A DNA stretch of 64,000 nucleotides from Callorhinchus milii (taxonomy: Eukaryota): assembly GCF_018977255.1 (NCBI RefSeq), contig NW_024704758.1:3844001-3908000 (forward strand), in the 5' to 3' direction. The notes beneath the pieces are model-generated. The model was not told the DNA's origin. It ran no database searches and saw nothing but the letters and a program-made list of their open reading frames with translations. The translations under genes and the position numbers were made by a program. This document shows, in pieces, positions 14,069 through 26,791 of this stretch (the stretch's first letter is position 1; each line of letters begins with the position of its first letter).

Positions 14069-17000
14069 TGTGTAGTGTGGGTGTTCTTGGATAGGTGGGT
14101 GTGGGTGTAGGTATGTGTGCGTGTGGCTTGTATGGTGGATCTCTCCACCAAACACACCAGTTCATAGTTAAGAAAAATTGCTAACCTGTTTTATACACAA
14201 ATAAGAATATTGTTTAGCATCATAGTAACCCAATGCAGATAAGCTGACATGTGTATATGTGTTGTCTAAATGTACCTTTATTTTTGGCAAGCATGATGTA
14301 AAACATCAAGCATAAGAATGGCCAATTTCAAGTATTTGCTAGCTAGCAGGTAAGTAAAATACTGGATAATCTAGTTGTAATGCACCAACCCTCTGGAGCT
14401 CCATCCTGCTGTCTTTTGCCTTTCCTCCTGCTGCCCCACCTTCAAAACCCATCTTAAGATCTATCTTTTCAACCATGCTTTCGTCCAACTCCGCCCTCCC
14501 ACCCTCTCCATTTTTCTCCACTGTGTGACAATCTAACAAGTGCTTTGAGACATCCTCACAATGTGCAAGGCGCTATATAAATGCAAATTTTACTGGAGGT
14601 ATGCTCTAACTTATTTTCAAAAATGATAGCATTCATCTACAAATCACATTTCTTCCTTAATCATTCATGTAATAATAATCCTTAATTTGATATAGCATCT
14701 TTCACATTGGGAGGCTGTCTCAAAGCACTTGTTAGAATTCACTGTAAAGTGTTGTGTCTGTGTATTTTTGTAGGTGAACTTTGCAGCCAATTTGCTGGCC
14801 AGCAATGTCTCTTAAACAGCCATGAAATTAATGAACAGTTTTATCTTGTGAATTGTAGGAGGAGAAACTCCCTTCTCTTTTCAAATAGTGTCTTGCAATC
14901 TATAAGGTCTGATGAACAGCAGACGGGATCTCGGTGTAAAAAGTTTCATGTGAAGGACACGTAACCAACAATGCAATCCTTCTCTTTTCGAGTAGTGCCC
15001 CTGCAAACGCATAAAAGGGGCTTCGGTTTAATATCTCATCTGAAGGACCAAAGCCGCTCAAACCTCTGTCAGTACTTTCTCAAAGACTATATTTTATTTG
15101 TTGTTTTCAGTTCATGGAGAGGGTGTTTCTCTATAATGACAAACAGAATACCACAAATAGCTGACATAACTGGTCCGCTATCCTGGTGAATCAGCACTGA
15201 AAACTGCTGGTTAAGAAAAAATAGATTTGGAGAACTATGCTAAGCAGAGTCTAAGATAGTTGGGAAAATTTTGGAGTAAAGGCTTTGGACCAAACCAACA
15301 TACCCAAGTTGGAGAAATAGGCTGATGTTCATCTTCAAACCTGACAATGATTAAAGACGTGTTTTACATTATGTTGATTGTTTTACATTCTGCATGATGT
15401 AAAAATGCTAAGTTGAAAGCTAGGAATTTAAGTACAATTGAAGACAATAAAAGAAGGTAAAACGTTGTACCATCAACATGAAACGGATCCAGAGAAAGAT
15501 CTCGAAAGACTTCAAATGCAACAATAGAAGTGCCATCATTTAGCAACGACTCCCCTTCAATTATTAGAGTAAGAGCCTTGGAGGCACCTGGAGTAAAGCA
15601 CATATTCACACGTTTCAAATCTCTACAGTGCTGTTTAATATCTTAGTGGATTAAGTCTGTATCAACTGCAGAAATAAACTAATACTGTACCTGTGAAAAC
15701 TAAAAAAAATCCCTTGAGAGTGTGGTCACTGACTCATAGGTTTACTTTCTCAATCCCATATAAAATGAGGCATCTTTTATCAAGATTGAATAGCCCTAGC
15801 ATATCTATTTGTTCTGCTTTGATCATCCATGGGGACCATACTGTTGCTCTTCTCTACAACTCTAAAAATAGATGTACAGAAAGAGACGTACATTCACGCT
15901 AACACGGAGAATGAAATTAAACATTCAGGCTCCAAGGTTCTTGGTTTTAAGTTTTAACATATATTCCTCTTGTAAAATTGTCCAACAAAGTAAAAATAAA
16001 ACTACAAGAACGTGTTTTGCAGTGTCATTTTGGTAATGTCTCTGACTTGAATGAAACCTGAACGAGTTTACTGTTGGTGGAATGGATTGTCAAGATTTTG
16101 CTAGTACTCTCCATTCTTAAAGCGCTCCGAGACGCTAACCTGCATAATGGGCGCAATATAAATGTAAGTTATTATTGTTATATTTTAACTGGAGATCAAA
16201 GGTTAAAAGACACAAGTGGAACTCGTTTCAAAGAAATCTAAAATGAAGGTGAAGAAGTTCTACTGTACCTAGATTCCTAAGGAGAGCGACGGCTGTAATA
16301 GGATCAGTGCAGCCAAGAATACACCCAAACATCATGCCAATGTACCAGTTCCAGTTGAATGTGTAAATTTTAACAGCCATTAGAGCAATCATTGCACTAC
16401 TCAGAATCAAGCCGGGACCAGCCAAAATCACCACCTGTCAAGAATTTAGCCAATATAAAATTATAAAAGTGTTCTTAGTAAGTAAGTTAACCACATTTAG
16501 TATCAAACTATATTTTGTAACATCCCTATTTAATACTTACTGTATGCTCTCCTAGCTGGATAAACCCATCACCAAGGCCACAACAGAAGGGAGCAGGTTC
16601 AATTTCTGGTCTGTTTCTATTCATCCAATTTTGAACATTACTATTGGCTTCAATGGGGCCAAAAAAAATAGCCAGAGCTCCTAGTTCTAATTCATATCCA
16701 GTGAATGCTGAAATGTTGCTGTGTGGATCTCGACTTAGAGCTAGTTTGTGCTTGGCTTTATTATTACGGAATAGCTTGAAATGCTCACTGTCAAATCAGA
16801 TACTAGTCAGCGGGTGACCAGCTCCCTGTGGAACTTTTTCAGAAGAAAGAAATGGGTCTTCCTTAAACAGATTATTCTCCATAAACCTCAAGATTAAGCC
16901 ACCGGACAAAACAAATATAAATTTCACTTTGGATGTTTTGTTAAGAGAACAATCTCCAGGTGACTTTATTTCCTATGCAAATATTACTGCACTGCATTGA

Positions 17001-20000
17001 CCTTAAACATTTGCCCATGAAAGAAGAAATAATATGATTCACATATGAAGGAAATTGAATTTCAAACCAACCTAATTTTAAAGGTTTGAAAACAGTTCAA
17101 GGGATAAGATAGATGGGTGTTCAGTACATTGAGGATTATCTACATGAAGAACAAGGACGTTCTACAAGGTTGCAAAGGAGACTAGATTATAAATTTGTAT
17201 TGTGGGTTTGATGAGGCTCATAAAGTGATCTATTGAAGTCATTTTTAATGTATTTGATTTGAGGTCATTGATACAAATTCAAACGTATGTATTTTTAATG
17301 TACTGTTAATTTAAACACTAAAATTGTCATTGAAAAAATACTACACTGCCAATTAAAGGAGTTCAAAAAATAAAAGAGCTAGAAGTAACACTTACCTGTG
17401 AAAGTGATTTCAAAAATATATGAGATTCAATTTCAAAGGCACTGCTGAAAATCAAAACTGGCATGAAGGCATGAATAAGCAACAGTGGATTGATGTTTGC
17501 CATGGTTTCTGTGTAAATGTGAACCTGCAAAATTAAACAAAAAAGACAAAGCCTTTTAAGAATGAATATACAAAGAATAGATCATATTACATATGTTAAA
17601 CAAGAGGACTGCAACATGTAACACAAGTTGTGAAACTGGTTCCACAATATAGAGGAACATTTAATGTTTAGCTGTTAATAATTGAGTAAGTCTGAAATCC
17701 AATTGCTTGTGAAAGACCTTGTGCTAATGTTAAATCTAATAAATATCAATACTTTAGGTCTACAACAATATAATGGAAAATAAAATACTCCCCACATGGC
17801 AAGGGTTGAATGTGCGAGACAGAGAGTGGATCAATGAACAAAATACTTCATATCTGATCTTCTCTTCCTGCACCAAGCCACCTTTAGTAGGTCTTTTTAT
17901 GTGGAATGAGTAATAGGAAGGATTTCTTGCCACCTATACCCAGGTTTCCTATCATTTGAGGAACAACAATATGCATTTATAAAAACTTTTCATGAAGGAT
18001 AAGATATCAAAATGCTTTCACAGATGGTGCCAAACACCAAGCAGCGAGGGAGGGGTCATTTTTGGATTAAGAGTCCTACCTTTCTATACTTGAGACTTAA
18101 CGCTCCTATAATGACACCAACCATACAAACAACTATAGTATAGGGCAGTTTTATTCTCTTCAAGAGACATCTTAGAAAAGCTGTAAAATAAAGCAGAAAC
18201 ATAATTTCAAAGAATCATAATAAATAACATCTTGTATATATTGTCTTTCACATCTTGGGGAGTGTTTCAAAGATGAGGCCAGACGTAGCAGGGGATGGGG
18301 AATGAGGGAAGTGACCATAGGCACAGTCAAAAAGGTAGTATTTAAATGACTTTTGAAGATACAATAGCGTGAGGATGAGGCAGAAAGATTGAGGAAAACA
18401 GCTCCAGTGGGTGAGGCATAGTGCTGAAAGGCTCAAATAACAATAATAATCCTTGCATTTGCTAAAATGCCTTATCACATCTTCAAGACCTCTCAAAGAG
18501 CTTCACAGAATATATTGTATAGTCTGTGGGCGAATCGTGGCCACCAATTGCGCACAAACAGTCAAGGATTCAGTAACCAAATTATTATTATTATTATTAT
18601 TTTTTATATTTTTTTGGAACGGATTATTACTCCCGGAAAAGCCATCCGCCAATCGACTAACAACCAGATTCCTGCTTATTGATAGTTGAACAGACGTGTG
18701 TGGAGGAAGGAAACTAGCACAACATTTCACCCTGCCCGGGAATTGAACCCAGATCCTCTTGCTTGTGAGGCGAGTGCTTTAACCACTAAGCTACAGGACT
18801 CCACGAATGCTGATGGTTGGCAAGGAACATGCAAAAGGCCTGAGTTTGGTGACTGGAGAGGGTGATCAAGAATGAGACTGGAGAAAATGACAGGGAGTTG
18901 CAAAGGCATGAGGGATTTGTTAATTAGAATGAGGATCTTGAAAGCAAGCCTGGTCAAGACAGTGGTGATGAACATTTAAAGTTTCATATGAGGAAGGATG
19001 CAGGCAGCAAAGGTTTGGACGAGCTGGAGCCTGCGGAGGATGGAGCTGGGGAACGATGCTGTCAGTTCTAAAACAATTTGGGGAGGCTTAGTAACTTATA
19101 AAATATAATTTTGTTTTGTACTATGTCAGTTTTAATAATTTTTCTTTGTGTTATATTTTTCTGTAAAAAAATCTTTTTAAATATTCAATGTGCTGGACAT
19201 AATAATTTACAGAATTTAAGACAGGTTCCTTTTTATCACTGTTATTATAGATATATTGTGTCTTAAGTGAGCTTTGACTATTATATATAAAGTACATGTG
19301 GCAGACCATAATTTTAATTTTAAACAAATTACTTGTTATGTCAACGGAACTAATTATCCAATAAAAAGGAAAAACATGTATCCGATCTCAAAAATAAGGA
19401 ACTCAAATGGTCTTTTTACATGCAATATCCAAACAACAGACTTCTTTAATGGAGATACGAGATACTGTGTCAGACTCCACCTCTGTGAAGAGCGCTATTA
19501 TAAATGCAAGTTGTTGTTGTATGTGGCCATGGCCAAACATAAAAGATTCAAACATATCTACAGCCATCAAGGAACCATCAGTGAACCAAGGAATGGATTG
19601 AATTGTGGATAAATGCAAAGCAACATTTATTAGATCAAGAAACTATATTTAAACAATCTTCCGCAGCGTACGTGGAAAGAGAGAAGAATTGACATAATTA
19701 ATGAACATTTTGATCCAAATTAAAGCCGTTTCCAAGAGTGCTAATAAGATAATAGAATTTCACTTGATAGCAATTGCACCGCTGCTCCATGTCCCCTGCC
19801 CCGACATCGGTGGCCCGCTTTCAACCTTTTTGGCCCCACTCTGGCAATCCATCCCAAACTCCCTCCCTCCCTCCCTCCCTCCCTCAACTCCCTCCCATTC
19901 AGGGACCTACCTCTTTAACTGCGCCTTCAGTCCCTTTTCCCCTCCGCCCCACCCCTGGCTCAGGTGCGCGGCCAGAATTGGTAAGTGCCTTGGGATGTCC

Positions 20001-20565
20001 TCCTGGTGTGAAAGGCACTATATAAATGGATCTTTTATTTGTATTGATTGGTGGTTCCCCCCAACCCACCCACCCCCCACCCCCAAAAAAAAAGACTACG
20101 TGCGGCCTCTGGAATATTTGGGACACGTGTGCGTGCGACCGCCAGGAAGGTGGAAGGTGAACCAGACGGATCTTAGCCTTTTCTCGTCGAGCATTTCTTA
20201 TGTTCTTATGTAATATCAAGTGAATGAAGGGGATGTCAAGTCAACGAAGTGACTCAGGAGAAACGTGGGGTGGTGGTGGGGTGGGGGGGGGGGGGGGGGA
20301 GTGAGGGGGGGGGGGGTGAAGGGGGGAGGGAGAGGTTTCACTACACAAACACAGCAGTGAGGCCTCTGCTCCCCCGCCCGACGCTGATGGTTTTACCTCC
20401 TAAGAGGAAGGTCCCGAAGATGAAGAAGATGATGTGGGGCAGGTCCTCGTCGATGATCGTCAGTTGGTTCACGTTCGACGACCGATTCATCCCGGTCCAA
20501 TTCCGTCTGTTGGGTTGCGACTTTTCTTGTAACGGCCCGAACACGGTCTGCCCCGAGGGGGTCAT
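1474..20565 (-). CDS. SLC9C1: SLC9C-family sperm Na+/H+ exchanger (NHE domain plus voltage-sensor domain); 3' part including the CNBD lies left of the window; 1-nt frameshift in exon 15 as assembled
   Basis: 18 GT-AG exons with matching phases except exon 15: 20397-20565 (ATG at 20565 or 20490), 18080-18180, 17396-17524, 16269-16434, 15471-15587, 13496-13657, 11019-11118, 10118-10261, 9418-9589, 8800-8881, 7783-7964, 6607-6747, 5500-5594, 4560-4679, 3661-3855, 2618-2797, 1910-2059, 1474-1525. Motifs EDLPHIIF, LPYT, CTDPITAV, IEGESLLNDG, RFWEMLTYLGNTLIF, LLINGTT, SYWRQY, HWNQFD, S4 IRTVRIFRLVRLARVLRLLK, GYDIGKGYVVGEED. C1 versus C2 orthology cannot be resolved here. Confidence 0.9.
7232..7647 (+). 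mobile_element. Young tRNA-derived SINE plus 89-nt 3' extension, bounded by a target-site duplication
   Basis: tRNA-Ala-like head (tagctcagtggttagagc…gagttcaattcc), body, L2-type tail, (TTA)n to 7558, extension 7559-7647; taaatgcaa(gga) repeated at 7223 and 7648. Confidence 0.9.
10580..10960 (-). mobile_element. L2 LINE 3' fragment
   Basis: SGLLHVPRLAGPTIGGQAFSHS on the minus strand plus the gtgccttgggacgtcctcc…gaaaggcactata tail. Confidence 0.8.
13983..14125. repeat. (TG)n microsatellite and GT-rich low-complexity tract
   Basis: Directly visible. Other simple repeats: poly-G 20267-20332, (TTTA/TTTG)n 20828-20885, (AAG)n 20948-20967, (GA)n 31006-31033, (CA)n 44442-44482. Confidence 0.9.
18436..18802 (-). 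mobile_element. tRNA-derived SINE (longer subfamily) nested in an L2 remnant
   Basis: Head ends at ggactcc 18802, (TAA)n tail at about 18440; flanks 18230-18435 and 18803-19050 read as one interrupted antisense L2 fragment. Confidence 0.75.
19770..20040 (+). mobile_element. L2 LINE 3' fragment
   Basis: LLHVPCPDIGG…APLWQSIP remnant and tail gtgccttgggatgtcctcc…aaaggcactatataaatg. Confidence 0.7.
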
Positions 20566-21130
20566 TTGGAAAGCCGCCTTATTTTCTCTCCCCCCCCCCC
20601 CCCCCCCCTTCCCTTGGCTCCCGGGAGGCCGTTTCCCCCTCCCCGCCAGCCACGTGCTCCGAACGCGCCAGGCATTTGAATGGCCAACGGAATCGGCGCG
20701 AGGAGCCGCGCGCCCGCCCAACCCGCCCAACCCGCCCCAACCAGGGCCGGAGATTAACAGCGGGGCTCTTTTTTTTATAGCCCAAAGACCACCCCCACCC
20801 GCCCCCGAAGTAGCCCGACATCATACTATTTATTTATTTGTTTGTTTGTTTGTTTGTTTATTTGTTTATTTGTTTATTTATTTATGGGCAACAGTTGGCC
20901 ATCGCTTTCGAAAAAGGTGTCCGAGAAGCCCGTCGAGAGGAAGCAACAAGAAGAAGAAGAAGAAGAAAAAAAAATCGATCGGATCGGATAAACCCTCTTA
21001 TTATTTGATTGTCAGAAATCCCCAACGTGTCCCAGGGCCACGGGTGGGACTTCACGGGGACTCTGGACCCGACCCCCTCCTGTGAACGGGGACTCCCCCT
21101 CTCTCTCGCGGTCAAAGTATCTGAGGGCGA
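20340..21130. promoter_or_regulatory. CpG-rich promoter/first-exon region of the SLC9C gene
   Basis: CpG/GC-rich stretch in an AT-rich background around the first coding exon; GC boxes (ccgccc) at about 20713-20737; YAACGG MYB-like words near 20530 and 20685 (weak). Confidence 0.55.
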
Positions 21131-21366
21131 AGTATCTCCTTCACGGGGACCCACTCAAGTTGCCTGACTCTTCTCATTCTGCACTTGGTGACACCGACCG
21201 TGCTGCTGAGACACCTTAAAATCAATTTGTTCTTTGCACTTTCCTCTCCGCCGCCTTGTGGTTGAGTTGTGTTGGATCGCAGCAGTGGAGCAACGTTGCT
21301 GGAAACTTCAGCCCCTGGGAGATTCGGTGGTCCGTCACACTCCAAGCCTGGTTGGCCCCTCTGGCG

Positions 21367-21691
21367 AATAATAATAATAATAATAATCCTCGCATTTGAT
21401 ATAGCGCTTTTCACGTCGGGAGGACGTCCCAAAGCGCTTCACAGAACACACTGTAAAGTGAATTGACTATATTTGTGGGCGAACACGGCAGCCAATTGCA
21501 TACAGCAATGTCCCACAAACAGTCGTAGATTGAAAATGACCAATTTATTATTGTTTTTGGTTTTGGAGGGATTATTATTAGGCTCTGTGTGGAGTAAGGA
21601 AACTTGCCCAAGGTTTCGCCCTCTGCCTGGAATTGAACTCAGGTCTCTCACTTGCAAAGCGAGTGCTCTAACCACTGAGCTACAGGACTCC
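21367..21691 (-). mobile_element. Young tRNA-derived SINE, near-identical to the copy at 7232
   Basis: Reverse complement matches 7232-7558, including shared variants (aaatgcgagg, ccaaaaccaaaaacaataataa). Confidence 0.92.
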
Positions 21692-23357
21692 AATTGGTGG
21701 AGAATTGGTGTTAGCGGAACCAATGATTGTTCAAAAAGAAAATATCTATGTATTTGGGTCGAATATTTTACCTAAGTACAGTCCAGCCTCTATTATACAT
21801 GCTCGCTTTGCAATTTACTACTTCCATGTTTAATTTAATAATAATAATCCTTACATTTGATGTGGTACATTGACTCAAAGCGCTTCACGTGAGTTACTGT
21901 TGGAGTAATGACTGTGTAGCGACTGCATGTTATAAGTGAACATGAGAGCCGATTTGGGCTCTGCAATGTCCCCCAAACAGTCATGAAGTCAATGATCACT
22001 CTTGTTTGAGGCATTGTCAGGCAGGACACCAGATCCCATGGCATCACTCTTATTAAGTGGTGATATTCTTGGCTAATTTACCAGAATTGAATGATTCCAG
22101 TCAATAGCCCCACATTGTATATCCACATCAAAGAAACACAAAGCGAATAAAAGGTGTTGCTGAAACCGAGACTCATTCCCTCATACCAAGATTTTGATCT
22201 TTGTTTCAAAATTATTATTTTCTTGGATGTTTGGGAACAAAATAAACTGATCCAATAAAGGAAGTCCATTCTGCTAAGTCACATTAGCAGACTAGTTGCA
22301 GCGAAATGTATGAACGTTATAACCCATGCAATGAATAATCCTTGCTTTTGATACAGCGCCTTTCACATTGGAAGGATGTCTCAAAGCGCTTCGCAAGCAG
22401 CCGTGAAGTGAAATTTTATCTGGAGAAATGTTAGCCAGGACATCGGTCCCAGATAAAAATGGTCATTCACTTCATGGCTGCTTATGGGAAATTGCTGTGT
22501 GCAAATTGTCTGTGTGTCCACCTACAAAATACAGTCACTTACACTTTACAGTATATTCCGTGAAGCTCTTTGAAATGTCCTTCCAACGTGAAAGGCTCCA
22601 TACCAGCAGTGACATTGGGATCTTTAAAGTCCACCAGAACAAGCAGAGGGGCCTCAGTTTAATGTCTCACCCGAAGAACACCTCCAACGATGTAGTTCTG
22701 GCGTTGTAGTTGAATGTCCTCCCAGACTGGGAGCTCAAAGTGTCAAAGTGGAGCTTGAATTCACAACTTTCTAACTCAGAAGCAAGAATGCTGCCACTGA
22801 ACCAGACTGACACCCTAATGTGCTACACAAGGTGCTTTAAGGCTAATGTTAGAAATTCTGATCGCCTGCTCCATCTCTGGGGATAATAGCTGACGGGATA
22901 CTTCAATCAGAAGCCTTGTGTCCAGCTTGTGACAATCAGTGAAATCACTGAAACAGTGGGGGACAAAAGGCTATTATAGCAAGGGGGGAGTGCAATATTA
23001 CTTTAGGAACAAATTAATAAGAGCACGGTAAGAATTATACTTTAGAAAAGGTAGTTCTCGTTTACAGGAAATCTAAAGCAGAGTTTCAGAAGGAAGATTC
23101 CTCTATATACAGTATATCAATCCGTAATATTTGTTTAAGCGAGTGGACTGGAGGTTGCCTTTAGGGCTCAGGACTGTGAGAACGTGGGTGCAGTGCATTC
23201 ATCAAATGTACCTACCGGTAATTATCTGCTTCGTGTCTTCCTCCAGCCAAATGACCTAGAAGTATATTTAACTTAATTGGTGCAATTTGGTTGGAATCGG
23301 GATGGCACAGGAAATGGAGCGTGTGGCGTGAGGGCAGAGAGAGGGACCTCAAGCTCG

Positions 23358-23507
23358 TATAAAGAGGCGCTCTTCTCTTCCTCTCTCCTCGTCCTCCGCT
23401 CTACAGCCAGACCTCAAAACAACCAACTCAGCAAGTGTTGGAGCTCCGAGCACTCCTTTCACATCGACCTGTCAAGAGCCAAGTCAGGTATTCCAGGAAA
23501 AGACAAG
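23358..23507 (+). promoter_or_regulatory. GAL: GAL TATA box and non-coding first exon
   Basis: TATAAA at 23358-23363, then about 120 nt ending in the donor AAG|GTAAGA at 23507. The next acceptor (ctgcag|ATG) opens directly onto the start codon at 23667. Confidence 0.7.
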
Positions 23508-23666
23508 GTAAGATCACCGACAACGTTGTCTTTGAAGGAAACCGGTGGATTTGTTGCTGTTTTAAATCCCCCCCTCTAAATATTTTTTCCCTTCCCCCCC
23601 CCCCCCACCCCCCGCGATTGCTTTGTACAGTGTTTCTTTCTGAGTTTATTCTTGCTTCGACTGCAG

Positions 23667-26610
23667 ATGCCGAGGTGTGCCGCCCTCCTGTGCGTGTCCC
23701 TAGTCCTGTGCGTGGCTCTGTCTCAATGCTTCGGGCTCAGCCTGTTGGTAAGCGTCTCTCTGCGGTCCCGGTCCCGTTCCCGGTCCCATTCCCCGGGAGA
23801 ACACGACAAAACTGTCTGCAATCCTGCAACCGGCGCGGCCGATCTGACCTGAAGCTTGGGTCATATTTCACTCTGAAACTTCTCGGGGAAAGTACCAGTG
23901 CCGCAATGTATAACGGTGTGATTAACAGTGGGTTTTGATGTACCAATGTAGTCCCATTGTATGTAATGTGTAAGTCTCGTTATGTATTTGGACCAGTGAC
24001 CGCATTCGGAGTTCTGCTTCAAAAGAAGATGCAAAAAATGTCTTGACGGAGAGGGGGTTCTCATCACGGATTGCAAAGACTCTTAAGAGGGGGAATACAG
24101 GTTATTGGGTGAATCAGAAACAGCCCAGATTTAGCAGGTTAAGACCATTTTTTGTCTTTAAATGGCGGAGAAATGCAGAATGTTTTAAAAATTCAGTCAT
24201 CACTTAACACCTGTTTTAAGAACTGCAGCTTCCAAATTTAGAGAAAACTTAGCAGATGTTCGGATCGATATCGTGCGGATACTGCTAATTGCTCAGTGCT
24301 TCATAATCTATCTGTGAAATGCAGTGACTGTATTTGTGATCCTTTTTTATATAAAGACATCTGAAGTGCTCGAAACCACGTCTTACTGCCCCAGAGGTAA
24401 CAGTGCAACCAAGTGAGCCAGAGTAGAATCGAATCTACTGATGCACTGAACCATAATCTGCATTTATATTAGAGCTCTCCATGCGGGTGGCATCTCGGAG
24501 CCTTCAACAGTTGGTGGACCTTGATGCCAACCCGGGGAAAGAGGGGAGTGACCTACTCTAAAAAAAAGTCTTCAAATGTGAAGGCAAGGCTGAGGGGGGG
24601 GGGGGGGGTTCCAGGGGTGTAGTAGCACTCACGGGGAGTAAATAATAAACCTTGCATTTTTATGCAGTAGTTTTCATGTCTCGAAGTACTTCACAGGGTT
24701 TGACTAAAAGTGTAGCCGCTGTGTTATTTGTACTGGAGTGTTAGTCTGGATTGTGAACTCAAAAGCCTGACTTGGGGTTTGAATCTATAAGCTTCTGACT
24801 CCGAAGCTAAAGTCCTACCCACTGAGCCAGGAGAGATCTCCCGTGAAACGGCTAACATTTCGAATCTCTCCCTTAACAGACAAAAGAGAAGAGAGGATGG
24901 ACGCTAAATAGTGCAGGATATCTACTGGGACCGCGTGAGTACTCTGCGTTTACGCACTAAATACCGTTCTCGTATTGTTTGTTTAAATTCCAGTTCTTGG
25001 TTTTCTCCTGAGTTCTAATTTGTCAAGTCGTCTGTGACAATTCTCAGACGGATCCTGATAGAACTACCAGCTACTATAGGTGTTTTTGCTGACAACCATT
25101 TATCACGGTCCTTGCTTTCAAACCTGTTCGATGCATTTGATTGAACTGCTGCATCAAAACGTAAGTGAAAAGAATCATCGCTTCTGAGAAAACCTTCCTG
25201 ATTCCTTTCTCTCAAATCCCATTTTATAACGACTCTATTGATTATATGATTTAATCTGCATCGTTTACACTCGTTCTTTCCCCTCTAATATTGTCTCCTT
25301 TACTGACCTGGACTCGTGCTGGGGTATGAGACCTCCTGTATTGCCAGTAAGTGCTGGTGGACCGATCAGCGAAATCACAGTGACCTGAAATTCCACCGAG
25401 TCTAACCTCAATAGCCAATTCTGGATGATTCATGAATACCAAAAAGCTTCCATGGTCTGAGATTTGAAAGCCAGTATTTGCCTGTCAAATGCATAGGGAA
25501 TTTACATGAATAAAGATCTTGATTGACTTAGTAACTGTCCTCTCTACAGACGCTGTGGACAACCATCCATCCTTCAATGAAAAGCGAGGCCTTGCTGGCA
25601 AACGGGAACTGCACCTTGAAGATGAAATTAATTCTGGTAAGAAAATAAATGTTCCGAGTGGGTCTCCCTCCTGAGATCATCCTATAATCGTATCTATATA
25701 CTATAATACATGTTATTATCGTGTCTTGTTATGCCTATTGTATTGCAGCGAGCTTATTTATTTTCAGATCATTTTCTCATTTTTGACTTATTAATTTTAG
25801 GTTCTGTCCGCCGGTGCTATTTCAAGCAACTATGGTGTTTTTCTTCTGGTTTATATTCCCCCACCCCATCACCCGTTCAAATTTAACAGCTTCTTATTTC
25901 ATTGTTTATGGAACATCCCTAGCGAATACTAGATGCTGCATATGCTTATATCTTATGATGATTGATTGATAGCACCTATTAATGCAGCACATCCGCAGCC
26001 TGACATTGAAATGTCAACCAAGCTGAGTAGAAGTTGCATCTTGAACCTACCCTCTGACTCAAGGGCAAGTGTGCTATTAACTGAGCCAAAACTGAACATA
26101 TCTCTCACCTTGAAAAGATGTGAAAATGAAATAATAAATTCTGATTTGCTTTTTCTCCAGACAATGTGCTGCAAGCCCTCACAGACGAGAATGCTATTCG
26201 TATAGTGATTGAATTTTTAACATATTTACGCTTAAAAGGTAAAAATATTATATTTCAGACATATTTTGAGATCCAGGGATATTTGACTGTTGGATTATTT
26301 GATGTGTTTCAATCAGTCTGGGGTAGTGGAAGTTTATTTTATGAATCTAATCCTTAGTCCAAAACAAGAAAATATTCAATTTCCCAGGAAAATGCATTGT
26401 TTCTTAGCATTTATCATTTATTTATTCTGAGTATTCATCAATCTGTGAGGAAAAACTCTGTAAAGAAGGCACTGAATGTTCCCTTCTTGCTGTATCCTTG
26501 AAGGTTGGTTGCTCCATGAACTTGGCTCTATCAAACGGTATTTCTTTATTTCAGAGACTGGTGCACTTGACAACATGCCAATTCCATTCTCTTCAGATGT
26601 CCAACCATAA
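23667..26610 (+). CDS. GAL: Preprogalanin (signal peptide, galanin 1-29, GMAP), 118 aa
   Basis: Exons 23667-23747 ([27 protein letters not shown]), 24880-24934 ([18 protein letters not shown]), 25550-25636 ([29 protein letters not shown]), 26161-26238 ([26 protein letters not shown]), 26555-26610 ([18 protein letters not shown]). Invariant galanin N-terminus [13 protein letters not shown], flanking KR and GKR sites, all introns GT-AG and in phase. Confidence 0.97.
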
Positions 26611-26791
26611 CCATAGCCTTTCCGGAATATGAAGAAAACTGAAACAGACTGCAACCTCCTTACCAATCATTGCAATTAGATGGTTGAATATTTCAACCAA
26701 TTTTCAATGTTTTTTTTTGCACATTTGCTGATTTAGGATATGTCTTGTTAAATGTCTTCAAGTTTCCATACCAAGGAAAATATGTGTTTGA

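Noticed and set aside
20249-21085. 278-aa plus-strand ORF
   Set aside because: Made of poly-G/C, (TTTG)n and (AAG)n tracts in a CpG island, antisense to SLC9C exon 1. Low-complexity artefact.
25270-25352. Second candidate galanin long-form exon ending at GTAAGT (25347)
   Set aside because: No usable upstream acceptor, and the frame resembling the teleost insert contains a stop.
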